Shown here in pieces: positions 13,721-29,024 of a stretch of 64,000 bases of DNA. The notes beneath the pieces are model-generated. The model saw nothing but the letters and a program-made list of their open reading frames with translations, was not told where the DNA came from and searched no databases. The translations under genes were made by a program, and so were the position numbers. This stretch comes from Octopus vulgaris (Eukaryota): assembly GCA_951406725.2 (NCBI GenBank), contig OX597830.1, positions 5,642,001 to 5,706,000 on the forward strand, given 5' to 3'. The first letter of the stretch is position 1; each line of letters begins with the position of its first letter.

Positions 13721-14257
13721 ATTATAAGGAATCAATTAAGGCTAATTTCTTTTTACGTCAAGTTGTCTTAATGGTTTCTATCTTACTTTCATGATTAATA
13801 AAATTTATTTGAATATTATTGGTGATTATATTTCTTGTATTGCTTATCACTTAATGTCATGTCGCTTGTCAGCTCTACAATGACACCAAGGAGTACATAA
13901 CAGTTTTCAACCATCTGAATTTGAGTCTTTATGGATTCAAGCAATAAAATGATAAAATCTCTTTTAATTCGTCAGAAGCATTGATAAATTTGAAAACAAG
14001 TATGCTTAAATGCAAATGATAAAGCTCATTTGATTAACTCATATAATGAATAAATAAAATAATTAGTAGATCGTAGAGTTAATAGCTAACAATATACCAA
14101 ACAAAAATACACATAGATGGAAAAACTGGACATCAGTTCATTTTGTTGATTTCCCATCCTGAGTGGATCGAGTAGGGAGATTGACGAACGCTTAATTGTT
14201 TAATCGAACAAGAAACTCAGAAAATCCTATATATTCTATAAGAAGTTTTATTACTTT

Positions 14258-14450
14258 ACTTCGTTTTTGGATTTGGTTTTCAAGATTCTTCATGTGAATT
14301 CGTGTGATGAAGCATATTTTGTTGTGTCTGGCGTGAGTTATTCTTTTTTAGTGCCTTATTATTTAACACACTCACCGGCAAAGTTTCCATTCATTTATAA
14401 TTTTTCTGAAATTTTTCGTTGCGTCTTGCAACCTTTTCAATAGTCGTTGA
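14258..14450 (-). mobile_element. Short element (family P2) with U3-A8 hammerhead-like motif at 14406-14443
   Basis: Homologous to 58100-58258. Minus strand reads CTA-TTGAAAA-G-GTTGC(AAGAC)GCAAC-GAAA-AATT-TC. Confidence 0.6.
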
Positions 14451-14591
14451 CTCTGTTCATTATCCGAGCTGCGTTTTTGTTGGTTGTTTGTGCGCAGGTG
14501 TTTGGGTCAGTGTGTGTGTGTGTGTGTGTGCATACACATGTATTTATATATGCATGCATGTAAGTTGTGTATCATGTATGTATGTGTGTAC

Positions 14592-14632
<41 letters not shown>

Positions 14633-15413
14633 TATATATATATGTATGTGTATGTATGTATTTTGCATATTCATGTGTTTATGTGCCGTGCTTGTGCGTT
14701 TTTATGTGTGTGTGTACCTCTGTCTCCTTGTGTGAAGTGAAGTGTGTGCATATGGTAACGTGAATCAGTTTTCATTTGCATATCTATGTGCAAATGTGTG
14801 TGTATTATGTATGCGTGTGCGTGTATGTAGTTGTGTTTAGCTAAGTGCAAAATTAAATTTAATTGTTTAAATACAATTATCTGTCGGTCATTCTTATATA
14901 ACCTTAAAGAAGGAAGTGACGTTTTTAATACATTTTCAATACTTGTGTCCCTTCATATTACCTATGTATCTATCCACATACATACATCTACATAACAACC
15001 CACTAACTATTCTATTTGTATATAAATATAAATTGTGCGTATAGTGATTACCTACTATGTATATTTCCTATTTACTATTTATTCTCATTGCTTTGTTATA
15101 CCTTTTATTATGCTTACTTCTATCCAAATCTATTTTTCGCCACGTGGAATTAGAGAATCTAGCAATCTATTTACAAACTTTTCTACATACATAGGCATAT
15201 ATATCTGTAAATGTATCCGTCAATCTCTCAACCTAAATACTAACCTTCGTACCTATATCCCTACGATTATATATACCTACATATCTATCAATCTAACCAT
15301 TTAACTTTCTACCTCGAAACCAGCCTATCGTTCGGTTCTGTTTTCTATCGTTCATTTTACGTCTATCAGACTGTCAATTGGTAATCTACATATTTACCTG
15401 CCTATTAAATTTC

Positions 15414-15477
<64 letters not shown>

Positions 15478-15688
15478 CATGGGGGATTGTATATATATGG
15501 AAAATTAAAAATTCACAAGTACAGAAAAGGTCACTTCCTTCTTACGGGTTAAATAGGAATGACCCATTGGTCATTGTATTTAAACATAATTAAATTGAAT
15601 TTTGCACAAATACATACACACACACACGCCTACATAATACACACACATATATATATACCCATACACATTTATGGATATGTATCTATAA

Positions 15689-15734
<46 letters not shown>

Positions 15735-15882
15735 ATATTCATATATACATGCATGCATTTATATATATATATGTATATATATGCATAAATAAAAAATCTT
15801 TTGGAGTCGCCATGATTGATCGCTAGCTCCAAAAGATTATATTTATATACAATAATTAATACTCAAATATTTTCTCGCACTG

Positions 15883-15928
15883 TCTCTGATGAAGGGATAT
15901 ATAAAACATTCCGGAAACAGCTGTAAGA
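15883..15928 (+). ncRNA. Minimal hammerhead ribozyme motif, canonical core
   Basis: TCT-CTGATGA-A-GGGAT(9 nt)ATTCC-G-GAAA-CAGCTG-TA-AGA, with palindromic stem III ACAGCTGT. It lies in a ~200-bp TA-flanked unit. Confidence 0.7.
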
Positions 15929-16029
15929 GCTTGTCTTAATAAATGTTCTGAAAAACTATTCGCAGCCTTGGATTTTTAGTATCATTCTGTCAATGTATAT
16001 ATATATATACATACATATATAAATTCATA

Positions 16030-16074
<45 letters not shown>

Positions 16075-16479
16075 GTGATCACGTGACCGACCAGACCATC
16101 AGATATTGTTACACATCGCTGGTCACAATGCGTTCGCATTGTTTTAGCCTTCGAGTGACGCCACCCCGCTGGCTAAGCGAGCAGGCCATATATACATACA
16201 TACATGTGCGTGTTTGTTAAACAATATTGCTGAAATAAATTTGCTTATTTTTCACTTCTTCAGTGAACTCGTGATACGTAACAAAAGATTAACGCGGGAA
16301 ACAACGAAAATAATAGCAGTAGCAGCTGAGACAAAAACAGCAGTAGGAGCAATGACAACTTCAACAACAACAGCAAAACCATAATAAAAATGATAACAAT
16401 AACAACAACAACAACAACAATAATACTAATACTAATACTAATAATAATAATGATAATAATAATAATAATAATAGTAATA

Positions 16480-16816
16480 GGGTAAAGACCCCTTTCGGTC
16501 ATGAATGACCATGGGATTGCACCTAGAAAGTTACCCTCCTAGACACAAGTCCGGGCAAGGTTGTTTATGGAAGGCCAGCAGTCACCCATGCATACCAGCC
16601 TCCCCTCTCCACGCCACCAGTGTTATCCAAGGGAAAGACAAAGGCCGATACAGCTTGGCACCAGTGACAACACAACTAATTTCTACAGCTGAGTGAACTG
16701 GAGCAACGTGAAATAAAATGCCTTGCTCGAGAACACAACACGCAGCCCGGTCCGGGATTCGAGCTCACAACCTCACGATCGTAAGCTCGACGCTCTAACC
16801 ACTGAGCCATGCGCCT
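16480..16816 (-). mobile_element. tRNA-derived SINE, family C (full length)
   Basis: Minus strand has A box TGGCTCAGTGGTTAG, B box GCTCGAATCCC and core TGTGTTCTCGAGCAAGGCATTTTATTTCAC. Homologous to 42061-42310 and to the head of 57009. Confidence 0.9.
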
Positions 16817-16863
16817 TCACAATAATAGTAATAGTAATAATAATAATAATGATAATAATAATG

Positions 16864-16945
<82 letters not shown>

Positions 16946-16964
16946 TAATAATAATAATAATAAT

Positions 16965-17965
<1,001 letters not shown>

Positions 17966-19300
17966 TAATAGTAATAACAACATTAAGAATAATAATCTGT
18001 ATTGAACATGAAATTAGCAGACATGTATCCTCTCCACTCCCTCCGCGCTCTTCGTAATAATATACAGAAAATAGGGGCAAAAAATAAATAAATCTTCCCG
18101 TTGAAAATCCATTTGAAGCGATCATGTTGGCAGAATCTAATCGATATTTATGTATAACTAATTAGCTAAATTGGGAAATGGTCGTGTATCTGATGTAGCA
18201 TCTCCGTTAATTCTTTTATTTTCCAGCCAATTATTGGTTCTCTACGAATAAGAAATATGATCGATTTCCCCAAATCATGGTTTGAAGACTTTTTAGAATT
18301 TTTGTGTTTTTTTGTTGTTGTTGTTGTTGTTGTTTCAACGACTAGATAATGAAATCACTCACTGGAGTGCATGGTTTGCGAAAATGATTTTTAGAGCAAT
18401 GATTTAAAGGGCAGAGAGAGAAAAAAAGATCAAAATGACCTTAGAAGCCTAAACAATGGAGAACTGTGACGAGGCTGAGATGTAGGAAGATGAGAGGAGA
18501 AGGTGGAGGAGGGAATAGAAGAGGGAGGAAGAGAAGGCTGGGAAGAAGAAAGTGAGAATCAAAAAGAGGGGAAGGAGGAGGAAGAGGGAAGTGAAATATA
18601 GCCCCAATTTCATGTTGAAACAGAAATTCAATGGCATCGTAGTGTTGAAAAATTAATTTCAGAGGAATGACTTATTATTATTATTTTTAATATCATTAGT
18701 ATTCCCGCTTTATAAATCGGAAAGTGAAATGTAATAAAATGAAATAAATTTGGCCAAAGATTGAAATTGTGGAATTACAATGACCTGAAAACAAAATCTG
18801 TGGAACTGGTTTTGTCTGGGAGGGGTTTGGGGGTCTATTTTATGGGGTCATGAGAGCTAAAGGCCAAACAAGGGATAATACAAGGGATAGTCTTTGAAGA
18901 AACAGAGATAATTTGATAGATAGATAGGTAGGTAGGTAGACAGATAGATAGATACATACATACATACATACATACATACAAACATGCTTACATACATACA
19001 TATATGCAAGCATACATACATACATACATACATAGCATACATACATATATGCAAGCATACATACATACATACATACATAGCTAGACATAGTAAAGCAATG
19101 AATTGATAGGTAGGTAAATAGGTAATTAGCTAAATGGAGAAATTGAGAGACGTAAGCTGAAGATAAAAGAAACAATCGGTAGATAGGTACAGTACCAGGT
19201 AGAAAGTTAAAGGATCGATTGACAGGTAGATAAGTAGGTACATAGTATGTAGGTGGATAGGCTGACGAATCTCTCTCCCTCTCTCTCTCTCTCAATATAC

Positions 19301-19445
<145 letters not shown>

Positions 19446-19469
19446 CATATATATATATAGGTTATATCA

Positions 19470-19670
19470 CCATGATAGATCGCTAGCCACTAAGCTTTTT
19501 TCTATTGTCTCTCCGTGTTTATTTCCGTGTTCCTTTCTGTCGAAGAGCGTAGGTTCGAAACCTAAAAGACTTTCTCACTTCCGAGCGTTAAACTAATACA
19601 TCTGTTTGTTTCCTACACCACCTGTCTTCGTCTTTATTTTATTTTTATTTTTTGTAAATTCTCACTATAT
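19470..19670 (+). mobile_element. PLE pseudo-LTR-like element P1 with HHR-like motif at 19533-19568
   Basis: CTTT-CTGTCGA-A-GAGC(GTAG)GTTC-GAAA-CC-TA-AAAG; flanked by (TA)n on both sides. Confidence 0.75.
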
Positions 19671-19686
19671 ATATATAATACACATA

Positions 19687-19876
19687 CAGTAATCCATCGA
19701 GTATGTGAAAATCCGCGAAGTAGCAACAACGCTGTACTGTATATATTTTTTGATAATTTTTATAATTAGTATATATTTTTAAAAATAATAAATACAAAAC
19801 AACACCACGGACGAATCGACGTAAACTTAAATAATATACTACGATATGTGAAGCGCGATATGGCGAAAGATTACTG
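19687..19876. mobile_element. Tigger/pogo-like MITE
   Basis: TA|CAGTAATCCATCG ... CGAAAGATTACTG|CA: inverted termini. Confidence 0.6.
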
Positions 19877-19929
19877 CATGTCGTATACAGAAGGGATTAT
19901 GACGGAAGATTTACAGATAGATTTCTTTA

Positions 19930-20548
19930 TTGAGACACGCAGGCCAAACACAGAGGGTACAATACAATGTAGAATTTTTCTTTTCGAAACCGATCAATAG
20001 GGATCGAAAACGTTTTGGGACGTGTACACAAAAGATAACAAACTTCCCTCTCTACTCTCACCTTCCTTTTCAAGTAATACTTGGAAAAGTTTATGAGAGG
20101 CTGGCCAGAGAGCAAAGTATTTGTCACTAAGCTTTTCAAGCGAGTCCATCATACACATTTTTTTCGCCATAGCCACCAGTGTGATGAAAATTGTCTTGCC
20201 TTCCCCGTTAAAGGAAGGTCGCGGAGCAATGTTCACGATAGACTCGGCTGACAACCAGACTCGTCTGACACGTGACAGCAGCCGTTCAACATAGGCCCAG
20301 AAGTCTGAAATATTTGAGCATTGCACGAGTGTAGGACGGTTTCGTCGTTCTGACTGCATCTCGGCCAGGTCGGTTCGGTGTTTCTTGATCCGTGTCTGTA
20401 GACCTTATCTCGAATGAATAATGCTCCTCGATAGCACTGCCAGGTCAGGGATCTCTGGAAATTGTCCATAGGTCATGGCCCGAAAGTCGTCCTGAAGAGG
20501 CCGGACAGGTATTCCCTGTCGACGCCCAGAATCTCCCCAAGAAGATTT
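19930..20548 (-). pseudogene. Tx1/L1-clade LINE 3' fragment (zf-RVT-like C-terminus)
   Basis: FQRSLTWQCYRGALFIRDKVYRHG, WPRCSQNDETVLH, LVQCSNISDFWAYVERLL; frameshifted CCHC knuckle. Confidence 0.75.
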
Positions 20549-20624
20549 ACAGATAGAAGACTCAACGTGTTTGTATGTGTGTATAAATATCTATTATGAA
20601 TTTATTATATTTCTAATATTAGTA

Positions 20625-21340
20625 ATATTGATTTCAACTTTTGGCACAACTAAAACCGAAGAGAGAGTAAGTCGATTATATAGACCCAAGTGTTTAACTA
20701 GTGTTTATTTTAATCTACACCGATAAGCTGGAAGACAATGTTGACCGCGGCAGAATTTAAACTCAGAACGTAAAGGCAGACGAAAAGCTGATACACATTT
20801 TGCCCGGCGTTCCAACGATTCTGCCAACTCGCCATCTTGATAGTATTTTTAATACTGATTTCAAATTTTGGCACAAGACCAGCAGTTTTCGCGGGAGGAG
20901 GGAAGTAGATTACAAGGACCACAGTGTACAACTGGTACTTGGTTATCGAACACTGAGGAATAAAAGGCAAAGCGCCCTTCGTGGAATTATATTTTAATAT
21001 TGGTGTCAATTTTTGGCACACAGTCAACCATTTCGATGGAGCGGGTAAGTCGATTACAACGAACCCCAGTGTACAGCTGGCACTTGCTTCACCGAAGGAT
21101 AAAATACAAAGGAGACAATACTATAAAGGGAGCGATCTGGGAGAATAGTTACGGTGCCGGACAAAATACTTAACAGCATTTCGTCCGTCTTTATGTTCAG
21201 CGTTAAAATTCTGCCGAGGTCAGCTTTACCTTTCATCCTTTCAGGTTCAATGAAATAAGTACCAACTGAGTATTGGGGTCGATGTAATCGACTTAATCCT
21301 CCCACATGATTGCTTGTCTTCTACCACAAGTTGGAATCGA
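20625..21340. mobile_element. Cluster of four family B SINEs (minus 20625-20838, 20852-20990, 21000-21095; plus 21127-21340)
   Basis: Homology to the copies at 53872 and 63073. Confidence 0.8.
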
Positions 21341-22018
21341 TGTTTAAACGAACTTCGCACATTTTATCGAAACACGTGTAACAGAAAAAAATTAAAATGT
21401 TAGCACATATTCCAACTCTTGTATTAATGTATAAATATGTTGATATGTGATAGTTATTGGCTTACACGCTCTACGACTCCGGCATCCTCAAGTTAATTAC
21501 GTTAATTATAAGCTTGCTTAAATATTCATTTGCAAAAATAATCCCCAGCCAGGAATGAACATAGATACGGAAGGCATCAAAATTTATGAAAGACTATTTC
21601 CCATTTTTCTAATATCATTGATAAGCACTTTTCTTGCTGTTACCAATTCCATGACTCAATGCTATTGTTTTGTTATCTTCTTCATTCTGTTGCTATTTTC
21701 CTTCATATTATTGTATTTTTGCTAATATTATTATTAGTGCTGTTGTTGTTGATGTTATTGTTGTTGTCGTATTGTTGTAAAAGCTTCAAGATTTTCCAGT
21801 TTTGATAATTTGTTTCAGAATCACACGAAACCACATAAATGGTATTTTGTTTGATAATTGCTTTATTATTACGTTGTGTGTATGAGTCAGTGTGTGTCTG
21901 TATGTGTGTGCGTGCGTGTGTTTCTGTGTGTATGTGTGTGTGTATGTGTTTATGTATTTGTGTGTATGAGTGTGTGCGTACACGTATAATAGTTCTGTTT
22001 TTGCATATGTATCTATGC

Positions 22019-22056
<38 letters not shown>

Positions 22057-22284
22057 ATGTATACATGTTGATATCTATAAATATGTATATATTTGCATGT
22101 GTATATATGCATATAAATCTATGTATATTGTACATATGATCTACACACACAACACACATATACATATGTTTTGGCATATATGTATATGCATGTGGAAATG
22201 CATATACCAAATTATATATATATATATACATTATATATGATAAATATGCGTTTATATACATATATGAATATGTATATCTATATG

Positions 22285-22321
<37 letters not shown>

Positions 22322-22326
22322 GTATC

Positions 22327-22368
<42 letters not shown>

Positions 22369-23184
22369 TGTATGTGTATACACATGTGTATATGTACTAT
22401 TGCATTTGTGGCGAAACTCAGCGTTCCATAATATTACTGCTGTTACATCTATTGTTAGCATTGAACATCATCAACACGTGGACATAATTGAGTATAATTG
22501 AAATAAAGGCAAATAACAAACGGCAAAACGAATCTCGATTCTTTCATCTCCAAACAATTTCACAAGAACAAAGAAGTCATGCATGGCTTTTGCTTGAAAA
22601 TCTCGACGTACAAAACTTTCCGATCGATAAATCGATGCTATGTAGATAACAGTCGCTGCAAACATAACAATGATATTTGTGATCAGAAGGTTATCGATTT
22701 TAAGCTTTTATGCCAACCCCGTCCCGACACTCCCTCTCGCTCCCCGCCTCCTCTCCATATTTCTTCTGAAGACGATCTGTGTTTTTCCTTGATCAATCAA
22801 GGCAGTAAGATATGAGATATGCACATGCATTGCAGTTTTGTTTTAATAATTTTTCTCCCTGGGAGATGAGTTCTGGTGGCATTTGGTAGATATATGTATA
22901 CTAGTGTGCAGTGGGCTAAACTATGATGTCCTTGCTTCATTAGAGCGATCTTTTCATGGCGCTTTCTCTTCACAATCAATTTACAAGAACATCTAAGTAC
23001 TGTTTGGTAGCGAGAAAAGAAAGCGTTACAAACACGGTTTTAAAGGATTATAAAAAGAGATAATGGGTGTCAAGTTCCTGGCGCTTGAAATTGGTTTAAT
23101 TTGTGAACAACAACAACGACAAAACTAACAACATCACTAACAACGATAATAACTGCAGCAGCAGCAGCAGCAGCAGCGATAATG

Positions 23185-23395
23185 GCCCTTTCTGCTATAG
23201 ACACTAAACCTGAAATTTTGGAGGAAGGAATTACAGGGAGCTCAGTGTTTGAATGATTGACTTGTACCTCTTTCATCGATCCTGAAAGAATAAGAGGCAA
23301 GGTAGACTTAGGTGAAACTTGAATTCAGAAAGTACAATCGGAAGAAGTGTCGCGAAACATTTTGTTCGGCGTGTTAACTATTCGGCTTGCTTTTC
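23185..23395 (-). mobile_element. Family B SINE (diverged)
   Basis: Reverse-complement homology. Other copies at 25939-26150(-), 37895-38090(-), 48495-48695(-), 49797-49886(-), 50695-50860(+) and 55060-55155(-). Confidence 0.75.
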
Positions 23396-23410
23396 ACTAA
23401 TAATGATAAT

Positions 23411-23493
<83 letters not shown>

Positions 23494-23520
23494 TAATAAT
23501 AATAATATTAAATAATAATA

Positions 23521-23558
<38 letters not shown>

Positions 23559-23575
23559 TAATAATAATAATGATG

Positions 23576-23660
<85 letters not shown>

Positions 23661-23661
23661 C

Positions 23662-23717
<56 letters not shown>

Positions 23718-23719
<2 letters not shown>

Positions 23720-24163
23720 TTCTGCTCAATACCACAGATTTGCTTGTCAGTTGTTTGACATTAACCAGCTGAACATGTCCCTTAGTGGCTGACGATATGT
23801 GCATCTCTGATCACGGGCAGAAGTAGTGAGGGAGCATCATAGCCATGTGTTGAGAGGGATTCTTTGGGGTTGGATTAATTCACCTCTGGAAACATGGATG
23901 GTTCTTTTAACATCCTTAAACAACCCTTGTTCAGGGACCTTTTGAGCGGGATGGGCTACTCGACCTGAAGAAAATTCTAACTGGGCCCCACCTGCAAGGT
24001 CATGCGCTGTTTACCTTGATATGAGATCATCATGTCGTGCACATATGGTTGTGATGCATGTGCCTGGTGTACCCTTATAAGACGGGTAGTCATGATGGGT
24101 ATACTGGGCTTCGTATATTTTACCCTAGTGTCACTTTGATGGCATGCACTGCTCTCTCACTCA
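23718..24163 (+). mobile_element. Non-coding TAA-embedded retroelement (family T), 5'-truncated
   Basis: Highly similar to the reverse complement of 26264-26697. Ends CTCTCTCACTC(AAT)n. A short 3' copy is at 25832-25935. Confidence 0.85.
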
Positions 24164-24178
24164 ATAATAATAATAATA

Positions 24179-24340
24179 CATGGGGCTGCAACAAGGGTGG
24201 AGGAGTTGCAGAAAACAGCACTGCTTGGAATCGCTCGAATACTCTTGATGGTGTTCGAAAAATAAGAGGTGTTACCTTAGTTCACTGGTAGTGAACGGCT
24301 GACACTAGTAAATCTCCAGCGTTAGAAGATGTGAAAAGGC
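24179..24340 (+). pseudogene. R4/Dong-like 3' end, subfamily 2
   Basis: GAATRVEELQKTALLGIARILLMVFEK* followed by UTR and (AAT)n. Confidence 0.75.
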
Positions 24341-24359
24341 AATAATAATAATAACAATA

Positions 24360-24398
<39 letters not shown>

Positions 24399-24404
24399 GT
24401 AATA

Positions 24405-24461
<57 letters not shown>

Positions 24462-24496
24462 GTAATAATAATAATAATAACAATAACAATAATAAC

Positions 24497-24612
<116 letters not shown>

Positions 24613-24624
24613 CAAGAACAACAT

Positions 24625-25740
24625 CAGGATCTATCAAGAGAGCTGAAGGGACTGTGTGAGAGTAAGACAACAATTATTCCAGTGATAATTGGTGCACTTG
24701 GCACAACACTTGAAATGCTACTTAAAAGATTGAAAGAGATTGAAACTAAGACTCACGCAGACGACGTGCAGAAAATTTCGATCCTTTATTTTACCAGAAA
24801 CCTAACAAAGGCTTTTTGTGAACGAAAGAACTTCTCGTCACCAAACATCAAAATAAAAATTCCAGCTAATTAAGTTAGCATGTACTAGCATAACTGAACG
24901 ACTATGACGATTTGAGGTGAGAAGTCAATGAAGAGAGTAGACGTGATACCAATAGAAATTGGTGCACTTGGAAGTATCAGCACTCAACTACCAGCATGGC
25001 TGAAAAAGTTTGGTGTAAGTGTGAAGGTAGAACACCTACAAACATCAGCATTGATTGGAACTGCAAGAATTCTTTGCAGAGTTCTTGAAGCATGACCAGT
25101 AAACAACTGTCGCCTTAGTCTGCTGGCTGTGGACAGCTGACAATTCCCATCATATCCAGCAAAATAAGCTGGTGAGGTTTTCATCAAATAATAATTATGA
25201 CAAAGAAACAAAAGCTAATTCCCAGACATAATAATCAAAGATTGTTTGGGGAGCGAAAATCATCTGGTCACTGAAAAACATTGCAGTCCCTAGTGACCAA
25301 AATATTGTTAAAAAAGGACTGGATTAATTGTCAAAGTACAAATACCTTGAAATTAAACTATTCAAGATGTGAGACATCAAAGTGAAAACAATACCAGTAA
25401 TAATTGGAGCATTGGGAATGATAAAAAAAAACCATATGAACAAAAACGCAGAATCTATACCTGAACTCACAACACGACCCACAATCCCAAAATAGCTCTG
25501 CTGGGAACAGGTAGCATCCTACGCAAGTCACTATCAATTCAATGATTACAGCCCAAATAAAACAATCCAGAAGCACAATTCACAATAGACCCCATGACAA
25601 AAGAAACTAACGCAATACGAGGAAGAGTTTGCATTCCTCCAATAAAAAAAGGGACACATAATGCTGCACCCCCACCCAGGAACACGGAGGTGTAGTAGAA
25701 ATGTCTAAACTAGCACATGTTGAACACCACCACCACTACC
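24625..25740 (+). pseudogene. Three further stacked R4/Dong-like 3' fragments (about 24625-24900, 24905-25197, 25200-25740)
   Basis: IIPVIIGALGTT..VQK; MKRVDVIPIEIGALGS..LQTSALIGTARILCRVLEA*; PDIIIKD..IAVPSDQNIVKK..KYKYL..TIPVIIGALG (REL motifs). Confidence 0.8.
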
Positions 25741-26159
25741 ACCCACACCACCTCCACCCCACCTCCACCATCACCCCCACCACCATCAACAACAACAACT
25801 ATAGTAATAATAATACTAACAATAATGTATTCTTATCAGACGGGTAGTCACTTTGGGTATGCTGGGTTACGTATATTTGTACCCTAGTGTCACTTTGATG
25901 GCATGAGCTGTTCTCTCGCTCGATGATAATAATAATAATCCTTTCTACTATAGGCACAAGGCCGGAAACTTTAGAATTGTGGGCTAGTCGATTACGTCGA
26001 TCCCATTGCGTAACTGGTACTTACTTTATCGACCCCAAAACAACAAAAGGCAGTCGATCGCAGCGGAATTTGAAGTCAGATCATAGCGACGGGGAAATAC
26101 CGCGAGATATTTCGTTCAGTGCGGTAACTATTCAGCCATCTCGCCACCTTTATAATAGA

Positions 26160-26239
<80 letters not shown>

Positions 26240-26263
26240 TAATAATTACTATTATTATTATTA

Positions 26264-26808
26264 TTGAGTGAGAGAGCAGTTCATGCTATCAAAATGACAC
26301 TGGGGTAAAATATACGAAGCCCAATATACCCATCATGACTACCCGTCTGATAAGGGTACACCAGGCACATGCATCACAACCATATGTGCGCGACATGGTG
26401 ATCTCATATCAAGATAAACAGCACATGACCTTGCAGGTGGGGCCCAGTTAGAATTTTCTTCAAGTTGAGTAGCTCATCCCGCTCAAAAGGTTGTTTAAGG
26501 ATGTTGAAAGAACCACCCATGTTTCCAGAGGTGAATTATTCGAACCCTAAAGAATCCCTCTCAACACATGGCTATGATGCTCCCCACTACTTCTGCTCGT
26601 GATCAGAGATGCACATATCGTCAGCCACTAAGGGACATGCTCAACTGGTTAAAGTCAAACAACTGACAAGCAAATCTGTGGTATTGAGCAGAATATTTGC
26701 TGTAGCCCATCTTTTATACCAAGACAAAACAAAGTACATGATAACACTTCCAATCAGTTAAGATCAGAAGCCATGAGAGCCACTGCCTGGTACTGCATCA
26801 GGGCATTT
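26264..26808 (-). mobile_element. Family T element, longest copy
   Basis: Inverted homologue of 23718-24163 with about 110 extra 5' bases; (TTA)n on both flanks. Confidence 0.85.
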
Positions 26809-26831
26809 ATTATTATTATTATTATTATTAT

Positions 26832-26963
<132 letters not shown>

Positions 26964-27516
26964 GGTTATAAGTAGTAACCTGCTATCCACATAATTCGTC
27001 TCAGGAATAAGACCGAATGTGAGGTAAACCAAAGTAATAACAATATCGTCATTTACATATCTTATGTATGAGATTTGCGATGAATCTTTTGCTAGAAATA
27101 TCAAGGAACATCAAGTGCAGCGACAGAGGAGAGTGATACCGACATAGGTAGACAATGCCATCGTCATGGTGTCGAGCGCATGAAAGGTGAAGTGACCAGA
27201 ACCATTCTAGAGAAGCATCTTGACTGTGATACAGAGAAGAGAGTGTTTTAGTAAGACCAAATAAGGAGGATCGTCCCATTGTTACCACCAACCGAACGTG
27301 CCAGAAACGCAGTCGATGTAATGAGTAAACGGTGTGGAAGACGCACACTCAACGTCCGAATGCTGTACATTGTTGTTGGTTGGAGAATTAAAATTCAATG
27401 TCTGTTATTAGGTGCGGGACTGATCCGGTCATCAGCCGAGTCTATGCCTAGGGTTAAAGCATGACATTCAGATCATCTACGGTAGGGAATGTTTTAGCTG
27501 GATTAAGAAATAAGTT

Positions 27517-27858
27517 GTTGTGTGTGAGTGTATGTGTGTGTGTGTTTGTATGTGTGTGTGTGTTTGTGTGTGCATGTGTGTTTGTGTGTGTGTGTGTGTG
27601 TTTGTGTGTGTGTTTGTATGTGTGTTTGTGTGTGTCTTTGCGTGTGATTGTGTGTGTGTTTGCGTGTTTGTTTGTGTGTATTTGTGTGTGTGCTTTGGTG
27701 TGTATGCATTTGTGTGTGTTTGTATGAGTGTGTTTATGTGTGTGTGTTTATGTGTGTGTTTGTGTGCGTGTGGTGTGTGTGTGTTTATGTGTGTGTTTGT
27801 GTGCGTGTGGTGTGTGTGTGTTTATGTGTGTGTTTGTGTGCGTGTGGTGTGTGTGTGT
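27517..27858. repeat. Degenerate (TG)n array with ~37-bp higher-order unit at the 3' end
   Basis: GTTTATGTGTGTGTTTGTGTGCGTGTGGTGTGTGTGT occurs three times. Confidence 0.9.
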
Positions 27859-28969
27859 ATTACCTAGGTATAGAGTTATACTAATTCGGAACCACACCTC
27901 CTGTATAGTGTCGAATTCGTACAACTGTATATCTTACGATATCTGTTGATACATTCAGTTCTTATGCAGAAATTAATGCGTGGAACTGCAGTTCGAATCA
28001 AAATCTTGCTTCAGAAGTATTTCTCTAGTTTTATGGTTCCGTATTGATTACATATTTCTATTAGATGTTTTCTTTCCTCCTTTAAGAAAGATCTGTTGAA
28101 CTATAATAGTCTTCCAAAATTATTCCTTTCATGTGTATTTAGTTTCTGATAACGTAGAATGCTTAATTTTAGATTTTTATCCGCCTCTAGATCTGATCCG
28201 CTTCTAGGAACTGGGGCACATGAGCTTGAAGTTTAGCTCGGTTTCCAAGATACAAAGTTAACTGAGATTACAAAGCTTTCCATCCCTGCACGGGACGCTA
28301 GTCCCTCGTATGTTTAGCTTCCCATCTATTGATGCAACACATTTACAGCTGAATGGCCCGAGAGCTTAACACATCGCTCAGTCCAAGAATCGAAACCATA
28401 ATCTTACGAACGTGACTGTAACATACACGCCATAAAACCACGCCCCTTCACTGATTCGCAACTATAATATTTAAAATCCCATGGCTACTTCATCTCCGTG
28501 TTCCATGTGCGGTGCTAATATTTCATGGAAATTACCCTCCATACATTTTCTTTTATGACTAGTTATCGCTTCCCTCATGCTAATCCTTAGTCAATCAGCA
28601 TATTGTTGTATCTGCTTAAATAAATTGCTTTCAATCTGGTCTCTATTTGATGGATTAGTTCGCTTAGCTTGTATGGCTGAATACATGCCATGTCACTTCT
28701 CATTTTTCCAATCTCGTCTTTCCAAGTTCCCTTCGTGCATATTAATGAAGGAACAGAAAGTACTTTTTATATCTCTCTCTCGCATATAACTCAACAGTTA
28801 GTTATATAAACTGACTACATTAACTATAAGACCGACACTCACATGTGTATGTATATATATATCTATATCTATATATATATATATGTATAAATGTATATAT
28901 ATGTGTGTGTATATATGTATATGTATATATGTAAATATGTATGTATATATATATATACGTATATGTATG

Positions 28970-29024
<55 letters not shown>

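Noticed and set aside
16730-16816. tRNA-like sequence with A and B boxes (also 57009 and the SINE A/B heads)
   Set aside because: It continues into repeated SINE bodies, so these are SINE heads rather than tRNA genes.
26735-26808. HDV-like or hammerhead ribozyme at the 5' end of family T (contains CTGATG)
   Set aside because: I could not thread an HDV double pseudoknot or find a matching GAAA half by eye; only hairpins are supported.
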